64,000 bases of DNA from Planctomycetota bacterium (GCA_965223845.1 CBDCXR010000004.1:5504001-5568000); one strand, 5' to 3'; shown: positions 1-8,947, counted from the first letter of the stretch. Program-made: numbers and translations. Notes: generated by a model not told the origin, from the sequence alone.

Positions 1-283
1 GCTCGCCCGATTCACCGCCGGCGAGGAGCGCGGCGCGCGAACGGAGGTCGAAGTCTCCCTTCAGCTTCGCGGCGTCGTCGCCGTGGCAGCCGAAACACTT
101 CGCCTTGAAGATCGGAAGCACCTTGAGGGCGAAGAGTCGATCCCCCGCCGTCGACGGAGCGCCTCTCGGCGATGGTTCCTCCGCGCTAACGACAGACGCC
201 GCTACGAAAACGCAGCAGAAAGCGAACGCGCCAACGAGATGCCGCGTGCGCGAGTGCAATACGCGAGACGAGTTCCACACCAT
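1..283 (-). CDS. 5' part of a planctomycete cytochrome c / PSD1 (DUF1549/DUF1553-type) protein, running off the window edge
   Basis: Manual translation from ATG at 283: MVWNSSR...VAASVVSAEE (signal-like), then FALKVLPIFKAKCFGCHGDDAAKLKGDFDLRSRAALLAGGESGE. The CxxCH motif and GGESG match the planctomycete cytochrome C N-terminal domain. It lies directly downstream of the GntR gene. Not in the ORF track because it is truncated. Confidence 0.8.
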   Translation of the reverse strand, partial: MVWNSSRVLHSRTRHLVGAFAFCCVFVAASVVSAEEPSPRGAPSTAGDRLFALKVLPIFKAKCFGCHGDDAAKLKGDFDLRSRAALLAGGESGE

Positions 284-297
284 GTTCGAAGAGTTCG

Positions 298-900
298 TCA
301 CTGGATATTCAACTTGAGCGCCGCTGCGACCGCTGCCGGCTGGCGGGCGCGAACCGCCGCGAAAATCTCCGCGTGCTCGCGGTGGACATCGCCGAAGTTC
401 TCGAGACGTCCGTACGTCATGAGCATTCGGGAGCAAAGCCATTTCCAAATCGGAACGAAGTCCGCCCCGCCGCAACGAAGGAGGAGCGCTTCGTGAAAGG
501 CGAGATCGGAGCTCGCGACTGCGCCGGAGTCCTCGCGCTCGCACGCTGCGCGGAGGTCGTCGAGGCGACTCTCGAGCTCGACGTGGTCGTCCGCGTCGAG
601 TCCCTTCACGCCGCGGCGCGCCACGGCGCACTCGATCTGCTGACGAAGCGCGACGATCAGCGCGCGGTTCTCCGGCTTCGGGGGCTCGCTCACCGTAACA
701 CCACGGTTCGGCTGATAGGCGAGGAGCCCTTCCTGGGCGAGACGGAGAAATGCGTCGCGGACCGGACCTCGGCTGACCCCAAATCGACCGGCGAAGTCGG
801 CCTCGCGGAGAGCCTCACCCGGCGAAAACACTCCGGCGACGACCTCGTCGCGGATGCGCTCGGTGATCTGCTCGCGGATCGTGCGGAGGTTCGCGTCCAT
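298..900 (-). CDS. GntR family transcriptional regulator (FadR/FCD type)
   Basis: wHTH IRDEVVAGVFSPGEALREADFAGRFGVSRGPVRDAF and FCD motifs DLAFHEAL and HREHAEI. Start set at ATG 900 (MDANLRTIREQ). Confidence 0.92.
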   Translation of the reverse strand: MDANLRTIREQITERIRDEVVAGVFSPGEALREADFAGRFGVSRGPVRDAFLRLAQEGLLAYQPNRGVTVSEPPKPENRALIVALRQQIECAVARRGVKGLDADDHVELESRLDDLRAACEREDSGAVASSDLAFHEALLLRCGGADFVPIWKWLCSRMLMTYGRLENFGDVHREHAEIFAAVRARQPAAVAAALKLNIQ

Positions 901-960
901 GTCCGGATCGTCGGCGGCGTGAGTCTCTCGAGCGCTCCCGGGCGACGGGGCTCTCGCTTC

Positions 961-1001
961 GTAGATTGTTAACAATCTACACACGCTGGGGCCGGCGTCA
1001 A
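961..1001 (-). promoter_or_regulatory. sigma70-like promoter overlapped by a perfect palindromic operator (probable GntR autoregulatory site)
   Basis: GTAGATTGTTAACAATCTAC (961-980) is a perfect 20-bp palindrome. On the minus strand: TTGACG (1001-996), N16, TAGATT (979-974). Confidence 0.75.
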
Positions 1002-1097
1002 CGACAAAACCTTCGGACCGCTCCCCAAACGAAAGCGGGCCCGGGGCGGAGCCGTCGCTCCACCCCGGGCCCGATACCCCGCCGCCGCGGGATCGCG

Positions 1098-4000
1098 CTA
1101 GAGATCGCAAACCTGGGGGCAGACGGGCGCGGGGACGCACTCGCGTCCGCGGACGTGCCCGCGGGTCCCCAGAAACTGGAATCCGATCTGGGCGCTGATG
1201 TCGGCGATGTTCACCGCGCCGTCGCCGTTGAAGTCGAAGATCTCGACGACGGCCGGATCCGCCGCGCGGCCCTCGCCGCAGGGGAGGCGCTCCGGTCGAC
1301 CAGTGAAGAGGAAGTTCGCGAGGCAGATCGGATCGGCGATGTTGAGCGCGCCGTCACGGTTGCAGTCACCGGGACGAATATTCCCTTTCCGCTCGTCGCG
1401 CTGATTCCCGAAGTCGATCCCGTCGACCGCTTGATCCGGCTCGACGATGACGAAATGTCCTCCGTTGCGCCCGGCGTCACCGATGCGCACGGGGATCTCG
1501 GCGAGGACCCCGCCGAAATCCGTGTCGACGAATTGAAGCGCAAAGACATGCTCCCCGCCATCGCCGTTGAACCGAATCGCGAACGTGGACATGTCACCGC
1601 CGCACCCATTGATCAGAATGCCGGTCAGATTCGCGACCATGCCCGCGGGCGCGTCCGGAGCGACGACGTCGATCTCGAACGGCCGAACGCAGAACGGTGT
1701 CACGGTGAGCGAGACCTTCATCTCGAACGACTCCCCCGCACCGAGACCGAGCGAGATCGCCGACGGCGCGACGGCGAAGGAATCGACACCTCCCGCTTCC
1801 CCCACGTCGATGAAGACGGGAGGGAACGTCTGCACGAAACCGTCCGGCACGACCTCGCGCACGCTGTGCGGTCCCGGCTCGAGGCTCTCGAGCCAGTAGC
1901 GTCCCGCTTCGTCCACGGCGGTGTCGGGATCGTCTCGCATCGACACGGCCCGCGGCTCACCCTCGTCTAAACGTCCATTGAAGTTGCGATCGGAATAGAT
2001 CGTCACGCCGGGAAGGCCCGGCTCGTTCCGCTCCCGCCTTCCGTTGCCGTTCGTGTCCTCCCATTTCGTTCCGTGGATGCTTCCGACCGGGTGCGGGCGG
2101 TTGCCGAAGTCGACGCCCTCGACCGTTTCGCCGCGTCCGAGGTCGACGATGTGAGCGCCTCCGAGGTCTCCAACGCCGATCCGGACCGGAATCTCGTCGA
2201 GAACGCCGCCGAACTCGGTATCGACGAACTGAAGCGCGAAGAGATGCGGTGCGCCATCGCCTTTGAAGCGAACGCTGAAGGTGGAAAGGTCACCGCCGCA
2301 TCCGTTCACGAGCACGCCGGTGAGATTCTCGAAGAGTCCGGCGGGAGCGCCGGGAGCGACGACGTCGAGAGTGTAAGGGCGAACGCACAAGGGGAGGACC
2401 TTGAGAGAGACCTCCATCTCGAGGACTTCGCCGTCGACGAGGCTGAGCGAGATGCTGCTCGGCGTGGTCTCGCTGAAACCCGCGCCGCCCGCCCGACCAT
2501 CGCCGCGGCTGGGCGACGGAAACGTCTGTACGAAGCCGTCCGGCACGACCTCGCGCACGATCCGCCGACCCGGCTCGATGTTTTCGAGCCAGTAGTGTCC
2601 GGCCTCGTCGAAGTCGGTTTCGGGCACGTCCTCCATCGTGACGGCATTCGGCTCGCCGCGATTGAGCTGCCCGTTACCGTTGAGATCGACGTAGATCAGG
2701 ACGCCGGGGAGACCGGGCTCGTCGTGATCGCGCTGGCCGTTTCCGTTTTCGTCGAGCCATTTGACTCCGTGGATGCTCGAGACCGGTCGCCGCCGATTCC
2801 CGAAATCGACCCCGTCGACAATCTCCCCGACTCCAAGCTCGATCGCGTACGCGCCGCTCGGCGCGGCGTCGCCGATGACGACCGGGATCGTCGCGAGCAC
2901 GCCGCCGAACTCCGCATCGACGAACTGAAGATCGAAGGAATGGGAGTTCCCGTCGCCGTTGAAGCGAATCGAGAACTCCGACTCGTCGCCGCCGCACCCG
3001 TTGACGAGCACGCCGGTGAGATTCTCGACCATGCCGGTCGGCGCGGCGGGAGCGACGACGTCGACATCGTAGGCTCGAAAGCAAAACGGTTGAACCGTGA
3101 GAGACACCTCCCGGACCGCGGATTCGTCGTCAGCGAGATCGAGGACGATCGACTCGGGCGTGACGTCGAAAAAGCCATTCTCGGCCGGGGGCGCAGGATC
3201 GAGGACCGGTCCCGTCGGATAGGTCTGAATGAAACCCTCCGGGACAACTTCGCGCACGACGTGGCGTCCCGGCTCGAGACCTTCAAGCCAGTAGTGACCG
3301 GACTCGTCGAAGGCCGTATTCGGATCGTCTTCCATCGACGCGGTGTGAGGTTCGCCCTCGTCGAGGACACCATTGGAATTGAGATCGGAATAGATCACCA
3401 CACCGGGAAGTCCCGGTTCGTCCGCATCGCGCTCCGCGTTGCCGTTCTCGTCGAGCCACTTCGTCCCGTGGACGCTCGACCCGCCCTCGCGACGGTTCCC
3501 AAAGTCGATTCCTTCGATCGCTTGACCCGGTTCGACGATGACGGGATGCGAGCCGCCCAACTCGCCCGCCGGCGCCGGAAACGTCTGAACGAAGCCGTCC
3601 GGCACCACTTCGCGAACGACGTGACGCCCCGGCTCGATGCCTTCGAGCCAGTACATCCCCGATTCGTCGAAGGCCGTATTCGGATCGTCTGCCATCGTAC
3701 GTGTTCGCGGTTCGTCGTCATCGAGCGCGCCGTTGAAGTTGAGGTCCGAGTAGATCAACACGCCCGCGAGGCCCGGCTCATCCCGTTCCCGCTCCCCGTT
3801 GCCGTTCTCATCGAGCCACTTCGTCCCGTGGATGCTCGACCCGCCCTCGCGACGGTTCCCAAAGTCGACTCCTTCGAGCACCTGGCCCGCTTCAATCACG
3901 AGGATATGCGAGCCGCCCTGCTCGCCGGCGGGCAGCGGAAATGTCTGAACGAAGCCGTCCGGCACCACTTCGCGAACGACGTGACGCCCCGGCTCGATGC

Positions 4001-5387
4001 CCTCGAGCCAGTAGAGCCCGGACTCGTCGAAGGCCGTGTCCGGGTCGTCCTCCATGGTGCGCGTACGCGGCTCGTTGTCGTCGAACTCTCCGTTGTCGTT
4101 CAGGTCGACATAGATGATGACCCCGGGAAGACCTGGCTCGTCGGGGTCCCGCTCTGCGTTGCCGTTCTCATCGAGCCACTTCGTCCCGTGGACGCTCGAC
4201 CCGCCCTCGCGACGGTTCCCAAAGTCGATTCCTTCGATCGCTTGACCCGGTTCGACGATGACGGGATGCGAGCCGCCCAACTCGCCCGCCGGCGCCGGAA
4301 ACGTCTGAACGAAGCCGTCCGGCACCACTTCGCGAACGACGTGACGCCCCGGCTCGATGCCTTCGAGCCAGTACATCCCCGATTCGTCGAAGGCCGTATT
4401 CGGATCGTCTGCCATCGTACGTGTTCGCGGTTCGTCGTCATCGAGCGCGCCGTTGAAGTTGAGGTCCGAGTAGATCAACACGCCCGCGAGGCCCGGCTCA
4501 TCCCGTTCCCGCTCCCCGTTGCCGTTCTCATCGAGCCACTTCGTCCCGTGGATGCTCGACCCGCCCTCGCGACGGTTCCCAAAGTCGACTCCTTCGAGCA
4601 CCTGGCCCGCTTCAATCACGAGGATATGCGAGCCGCCCTGCTCGCCGGCGGGCAGCGGAAATGTCTGAACGAAGCCGTCCGGCACCACTTCGCGAACGAC
4701 GTGACGCCCCGGCTCGATGCCCTCGAGCCAGTAGAGCCCGGACTCGTCGAAGGCCGTGTCCGGGTCGTCCTCCATGGTGCGCGTACGCGGCTCGTTGTCG
4801 TCGAACTCTCCGTTGTCGTTCAGGTCGACATAGATGATGACCCCGGGAAGACCTGGCTCGTCGGGGTCCCGCTCTGCGTTGCCGTTCTCATCGAGCCACT
4901 TCGTCCCGTGGATGCTGCCCGGGTCGTTCTTTCGAACGCCGAAGTCGACGCCGTCGAGCGTCGCTCCAGCTTCCACCGGAACGAGGTGCGCGCCCGGACC
5001 TTGGGCGCCGTCTTCCGGAAACGTCTGCTCGAATCCGTCGGGCACGACTTCGCGAATGATGTGGCGTCCGGGCTCGAGAGCCAGCCGGTACCGACCGGTC
5101 TCGTCGCCCCTCGTCGCAGGGTCGTCTTCGAGCGACTCCGACATCGGCTCACCGCGATCGAAGACGCCGTTATTGTTGAGATCCGAATAGATCAACACGC
5201 CCGCGAGCCCCGGTTCGTCGGGATCGCGCTGGCGATCGGAGTTCCGATCGACCCACACCGTCCCCGTAAGATTCCCCTCGGCGATCCCTCCGAGGACGAG
5301 GTCCTCCGCGGTCGCGCGCCGAGGGACTCCCAAACTGGAAAGCGCGAGTAGCGCGCCAACAGACAGAACTCGCGTCGCTCGGTTCAT
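1098..5387 (-). CDS. large secreted/surface protein: 8 SdrD B-like repeats and a C-terminal dockerin-like domain
   Basis: Signal peptide MNRATRVLSVGALLALSSLGVPRRATA with RBS GAGGTG. Repeats of GSIHGTKWLDENGNG..D..EPGLPGVxIYxDLNxNG...REVVPDGFVQTFP...GVDFGN. C-terminus RPGDCNRDGALNIAD...DFNGDGAVNIAD...C..C...C. Confidence 0.85.
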   Translation of the reverse strand: MNRATRVLSVGALLALSSLGVPRRATAEDLVLGGIAEGNLTGTVWVDRNSDRQRDPDEPGLAGVLIYSDLNNNGVFDRGEPMSESLEDDPATRGDETGRYRLALEPGRHIIREVVPDGFEQTFPEDGAQGPGAHLVPVEAGATLDGVDFGVRKNDPGSIHGTKWLDENGNAERDPDEPGLPGVIIYVDLNDNGEFDDNEPRTRTMEDDPDTAFDESGLYWLEGIEPGRHVVREVVPDGFVQTFPLPAGEQGGSHILVIEAGQVLEGVDFGNRREGGSSIHGTKWLDENGNGERERDEPGLAGVLIYSDLNFNGALDDDEPRTRTMADDPNTAFDESGMYWLEGIEPGRHVVREVVPDGFVQTFPAPAGELGGSHPVIVEPGQAIEGIDFGNRREGGSSVHGTKWLDENGNAERDPDEPGLPGVIIYVDLNDNGEFDDNEPRTRTMEDDPDTAFDESGLYWLEGIEPGRHVVREVVPDGFVQTFPLPAGEQGGSHILVIEAGQVLEGVDFGNRREGGSSIHGTKWLDENGNGERERDEPGLAGVLIYSDLNFNGALDDDEPRTRTMADDPNTAFDESGMYWLEGIEPGRHVVREVVPDGFVQTFPAPAGELGGSHPVIVEPGQAIEGIDFGNRREGGSSVHGTKWLDENGNAERDADEPGLPGVVIYSDLNSNGVLDEGEPHTASMEDDPNTAFDESGHYWLEGLEPGRHVVREVVPEGFIQTYPTGPVLDPAPPAENGFFDVTPESIVLDLADDESAVREVSLTVQPFCFRAYDVDVVAPAAPTGMVENLTGVLVNGCGGDESEFSIRFNGDGNSHSFDLQFVDAEFGGVLATIPVVIGDAAPSGAYAIELGVGEIVDGVDFGNRRRPVSSIHGVKWLDENGNGQRDHDEPGLPGVLIYVDLNGNGQLNRGEPNAVTMEDVPETDFDEAGHYWLENIEPGRRIVREVVPDGFVQTFPSPSRGDGRAGGAGFSETTPSSISLSLVDGEVLEMEVSLKVLPLCVRPYTLDVVAPGAPAGLFENLTGVLVNGCGGDLSTFSVRFKGDGAPHLFALQFVDTEFGGVLDEIPVRIGVGDLGGAHIVDLGRGETVEGVDFGNRPHPVGSIHGTKWEDTNGNGRRERNEPGLPGVTIYSDRNFNGRLDEGEPRAVSMRDDPDTAVDEAGRYWLESLEPGPHSVREVVPDGFVQTFPPVFIDVGEAGGVDSFAVAPSAISLGLGAGESFEMKVSLTVTPFCVRPFEIDVVAPDAPAGMVANLTGILINGCGGDMSTFAIRFNGDGGEHVFALQFVDTDFGGVLAEIPVRIGDAGRNGGHFVIVEPDQAVDGIDFGNQRDERKGNIRPGDCNRDGALNIADPICLANFLFTGRPERLPCGEGRAADPAVVEIFDFNGDGAVNIADISAQIGFQFLGTRGHVRGRECVPAPVCPQVCDL
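3451..4912. repeat. exact 720-bp tandem duplication (each unit is two ~360-bp SdrD-B repeats)
   Basis: 3451-4192 is identical by eye to 4171-4912; for example the lines starting at 3481/4201 and 3841/4561 are the same. Confidence 0.93.
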
Positions 5388-5773
5388 GGTGCACCTCTGA
5401 TCGTTCTGAGCCGCCGAGTGACCGGAGCTGCCGAACCCGAACATTTCGCGTCGGCACCGCTACCTCGTTCTCGGGGCGAGTCTGGGAGAATCAACCCGCG
5501 TCCGGAAAGTGACGCGAAATCGAGCGGAAAACCGGCAGATTCCGGGGGCGAGACGACTTTCCGATTCCGCGGATCGATGGTCTCCGAATTCAAGCTTACC
5601 CAAGCACCGGGGGAGATCCGCGCGCTCCTGGGTCACAAATTCTCGAATTTGTCTCTACCGGCCAAGCGGCGTCCGGATTTCGTCCGCCAGCGGAGAGGAC
5701 GAGCGGGCGACGAGAACGTCCTCCGCCGTTCGCTCCGCGCCCCAGCTCGAGTTCGAGCGCTCCGGCTCTGAGC

Positions 5774-6043
5774 TCACGCTCGGCCGATGACCGCACTCAC
5801 GATGGAGCCGAGTGCGAGCGATCCCGCGATCACGAAAAGCGGCCAGGGCCGCGCCGCGAGCCTGCCGTTTACCTTTCTCGGTATGACGCCGAGGAACGGC
5901 ATGGAGAGGAGATAAACGATGAGCCACAGGAGGTGGATCGGGTTCCTGAACGCGATCCAGACTCCGATCCACGGCACAACGGCAGCGAAACTGACTGCGA
6001 TCATGACGCCATTGAGCGCCGACCATTCATCGCGAATGCTCAC
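5774..6043 (-). CDS. small multi-pass membrane protein (89 aa), unknown function
   Basis: GTG at 6043 preceded by GGAGG. MSIRDEWSALNGVMIAVSFAAVVPWIGVWIAF...LLWLIVYLLSMPFLGV...WPLFVIAGSLALGSIVSAVIG gives about three hydrophobic segments. Confidence 0.6.
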   Translation of the reverse strand: MSIRDEWSALNGVMIAVSFAAVVPWIGVWIAFRNPIHLLWLIVYLLSMPFLGVIPRKVNGRLAARPWPLFVIAGSLALGSIVSAVIGRA

Positions 6044-6178
6044 GGTTCTGTCCTCCAGGGTTGTCGCCCGGTCACGCTCCGAGCGAGGCCAACGAGTACG
6101 CTGGAATCGGGGGAGGACGGGATTCGATGGTCTCAAGAAAAATCGTCGGATCTCGACCGTCGCGGGCTGGGCGGCACG

Positions 6179-6403
6179 CCTCGCGCGCACCTTGCGCCGG
6201 AAGACCTTGTCGCCGCTCGCCGTGTCGCGGATGAAATGACGGTCGACGCCGAGGGACGACTCTGGGTGGCGACGAACCTCGGAATTCAGATCCTCGATCA
6301 ACTCGGACCGGTGCACTTCATCATGAGGCACTCGCAGTTCGCGTGGCTCTCGAATGTCGTTTTCGGCGGGCCGGAGCTCGACTATCTCTACGCGCCGTGC
6401 GGG
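6179..6403. pseudogene. SMP-30/gluconolactonase gene remnants on both strands
   Basis: Plus strand 6227-6403: ADEMTVDAEGRLWVATNLGIQILDQLG...WLSNVVFGGPELDYLYAPCG. Minus strand 6223-6179: TASGDKVFRRKVRAR. No start or N-terminal blades are seen, and the usual DG motif reads DE. Confidence 0.65.
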
Positions 6404-6690
6404 TTGATCCTACAAGCTAGCGACGAGAGGGCGGGTGAGTCCGCGGTAGACCCAACGCCGATTCGAGGACGGATCCAGGAGAACCGTTCGGATCGGCCGG
6501 ACCGCGGGCGACTGCGAGCGGAGAGCACCAGCTCGCGACTTGAGATGGATTGCCGGTCTCCGTACCTTGTTTGGTGGTGTCGAATCTAAGTGCGCAGTTT
6601 TCGCGTCTCGGATAGGCCGAGTCGTGACTGTGCCGCTGGATCCGAAGGCTCGTAGGCCGACGTTCACCGAACAACAATTGGGGCATCTAC

Positions 6691-8343
6691 ATGACGACGG
6701 CGCAATCTTGCCAGCTGGTGTGGTGGGCCCTAGCTGCCGCAGTTTTGCTCGCAGTCCCTTCTCCGCTGCTCGGGCAACCAGCGGAGCTGCCCGAGCCCGT
6801 CGGCGACCTATCGCCGGGGATCGTTCTCGTCGCCGAGGACGAAAGTGGACGCGGCCGTGAGGTCGCGCGTTGGCCGATCGAGTCCGACTGCGACATCACG
6901 GACGCGAACGGCACCGCGCGCGTCCGCTCCACGGAGTCGGAAGAAGGCGAACCGATTCTCGCGGGCGACGACACGCTCTCAGTCGACGTCGCGCTAGAAC
7001 TCAACTGCGAGGGAGGGGAGACCGTCTCGCTCGAACTCTCACTCGTGACTAAGGTCGCGAACAGAATCATCGGACCGGGCACCTTCCGTCTTCTCCTAGA
7101 CGCTCCAGGGCTCGCGGATGCGGTCGTCCTGTCGCCGCTCTTTCCGATCTTTCTCGTTCAGATCAAAGAAGTGTCTTACCTCCAGAGCCATCCCATTCTC
7201 TCGGACGACGTCCGGGCGCGCGCGCAGGTGCCGTTCGGCCAGCCGTTCACGGAGCCTCAGTGGCAAGACAACTCGGATCCGCTCGACGGCGACGCCGACG
7301 ACCGTCCGCCGGATCGGAAGTTCCCGGTCGGATACACACGCAACGTGCAGCCGACACTCTCAGCGGAATTTCGCGTATTCCCCTTCGCACTTGCGGCCGG
7401 AACGACGGCAAAAGTCCGCGGCACCGCAACCGCCGCACTCATTGGCCCGCTCCCGCTCGGAATCGGCCCCGCGAATGCGAACGTGCAGGGAAACATCATC
7501 CGCATGCCGGCGACACAAACTCAAAACCCGCTCCCGAATCGGATCGAGTATTTCCCCCTCGTATTCATCGAGTGGGAAATGAGTTTCGACGGCGGCCAGA
7601 ATTGGTTCGACGTCGGAGTGAGTGACAACACCTTGTACGTGACGCTGGGAGACCCACTACAAGGGGTTGAGGTGTTCCACACGGCGATTCACATCGGCTG
7701 CACGAACGCGGTGGGAGAGACCGACGCGGACAGCACCGTTCCGAGAGTCTGGGGAGAGTTCGCCGATCGCGACGTGCGACGCGTGAGCGACGACGAGCAG
7801 CTCGGATTCTGGGTCGAGAAAGTCGACTTCCGCGGTCCGAACCCAAACCCTCCAGAGGCGTTTACCGTTGCCGGCCTCCTTCAAAATGCCGACGGGAGGT
7901 GCGGAGCGTGGATCAGGTTCTTTCGATCCACACTGGAGATCCAGGGCATCACGGGTGCGCGCGATGTCGTGCTCTACCCCAAAGATCGAGCGAAGGACTA
8001 CCCGGTCCCGGGCGGGGTATTGAGGGTTCCCGCGGTCGGGCTCTTTCTTCTCGTGAAGGAATGGGATCTGAGAAATCCAAATGCTCCCAAGGACCTCAAA
8101 GGAATTCCCGGACAGAAGAACGACGATCCGCAGTCGAATTTCACCGACCACTCGATCGTTCGGTACGGCCGACACTACTACGATCCGTCCTACGGTAAGG
8201 GCCCGTATCGAAGCACCATAGAGTGGGAAGACGACAACCTCGAAGCGGTGGGGCTCGAGGCTCAAACTCCGGCCGGCGGGATCGATCGGTTCTTGCCGAC
8301 GAATCGACCCGGCGTGGCGGACCTGGACGTAGAGGAGCGGTGA
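6691..8343 (+). CDS. secreted protein with a C-terminal papain/transglutaminase-like Cys-His-Asp domain (putative)
   Basis: Signal peptide (WWALAAAVLLAVPSPLLG). Motifs GRCGAW, NFTDHSIV and YYDPSYG appear in C-H-D order. Confidence 0.6.
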   Translation: MTTAQSCQLVWWALAAAVLLAVPSPLLGQPAELPEPVGDLSPGIVLVAEDESGRGREVARWPIESDCDITDANGTARVRSTESEEGEPILAGDDTLSVDVALELNCEGGETVSLELSLVTKVANRIIGPGTFRLLLDAPGLADAVVLSPLFPIFLVQIKEVSYLQSHPILSDDVRARAQVPFGQPFTEPQWQDNSDPLDGDADDRPPDRKFPVGYTRNVQPTLSAEFRVFPFALAAGTTAKVRGTATAALIGPLPLGIGPANANVQGNIIRMPATQTQNPLPNRIEYFPLVFIEWEMSFDGGQNWFDVGVSDNTLYVTLGDPLQGVEVFHTAIHIGCTNAVGETDADSTVPRVWGEFADRDVRRVSDDEQLGFWVEKVDFRGPNPNPPEAFTVAGLLQNADGRCGAWIRFFRSTLEIQGITGARDVVLYPKDRAKDYPVPGGVLRVPAVGLFLLVKEWDLRNPNAPKDLKGIPGQKNDDPQSNFTDHSIVRYGRHYYDPSYGKGPYRSTIEWEDDNLEAVGLEAQTPAGGIDRFLPTNRPGVADLDVEER

Positions 8344-8344
8344 G

Positions 8345-8947
8345 ATGAAGCGTTTGGCCCCCGTCATATCGATCGCTCTTCTCTTCGCCCTCTCCGCGAC
8401 GTCCTGTCGCTCTCGCGAAATACTCTTCGAGAAGCGGCTAACCGACGGAACGCGTATCTATCTCGCTCGCACGTCCTCCACTGAAGAGCGAATCGGCAAC
8501 ATCGTTCCCGGCGTCGGAAGCACGCCCCGAGAAGTGCGGCTCGGCGGTCCGCATCGCGTCGAGAGGTATACTCTTTACGCGCGTGAATCGCTGTTTTCCC
8601 GAGAGATCGTCTGGACGATCTCCGTCGCTGATTCGGTAGCCCTCATCCGCTCCGCTGGGTATCGGTCGACGGTCGACCTTTGGGACGTCCACCTCGGCCC
8701 CGGCGAGGTGCTCTACAGTCTCTTCACCGCGCACGCCCGCACAAACGTCGGGGAGTCTCGCCGCCGCGCCGACGGTACTTGGGCTCCGCTCGAAGAGACG
8801 ACTCTGCGGCGAGAGTTTCAAGGAGAGCAAACGACACGCGGCGAATTCACGACGAACGGCGATCTTCGCGCCGCGATCGAGATCGTCGACGGGCGCGTGA
8901 TGGAGTGGGACCGCACCCCCACCGGCTGGACGCCGCACAGCCCCTAG
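8345..8947 (+). CDS. putative lipoprotein, coupled to the upstream gene
   Basis: MKRLAPVISIALLFALSATSC lipobox-like signal. ATG sits 1 nt after the upstream stop. Confidence 0.65.
   Translation: MKRLAPVISIALLFALSATSCRSREILFEKRLTDGTRIYLARTSSTEERIGNIVPGVGSTPREVRLGGPHRVERYTLYARESLFSREIVWTISVADSVALIRSAGYRSTVDLWDVHLGPGEVLYSLFTAHARTNVGESRRRADGTWAPLEETTLRREFQGEQTTRGEFTTNGDLRAAIEIVDGRVMEWDRTPTGWTPHSP

Noticed and set aside
3451-4912. Periodic repeats as a CRISPR array
   Set aside because: The period is 360/720 bp, in frame within a CDS, with no unique spacers and no cas genes.
2073-5351. 1092-aa plus-strand ORF
   Set aside because: Antisense shadow of the SdrD-B repeat gene. High GC and codon bias suppress stops, and it has no motifs of its own.
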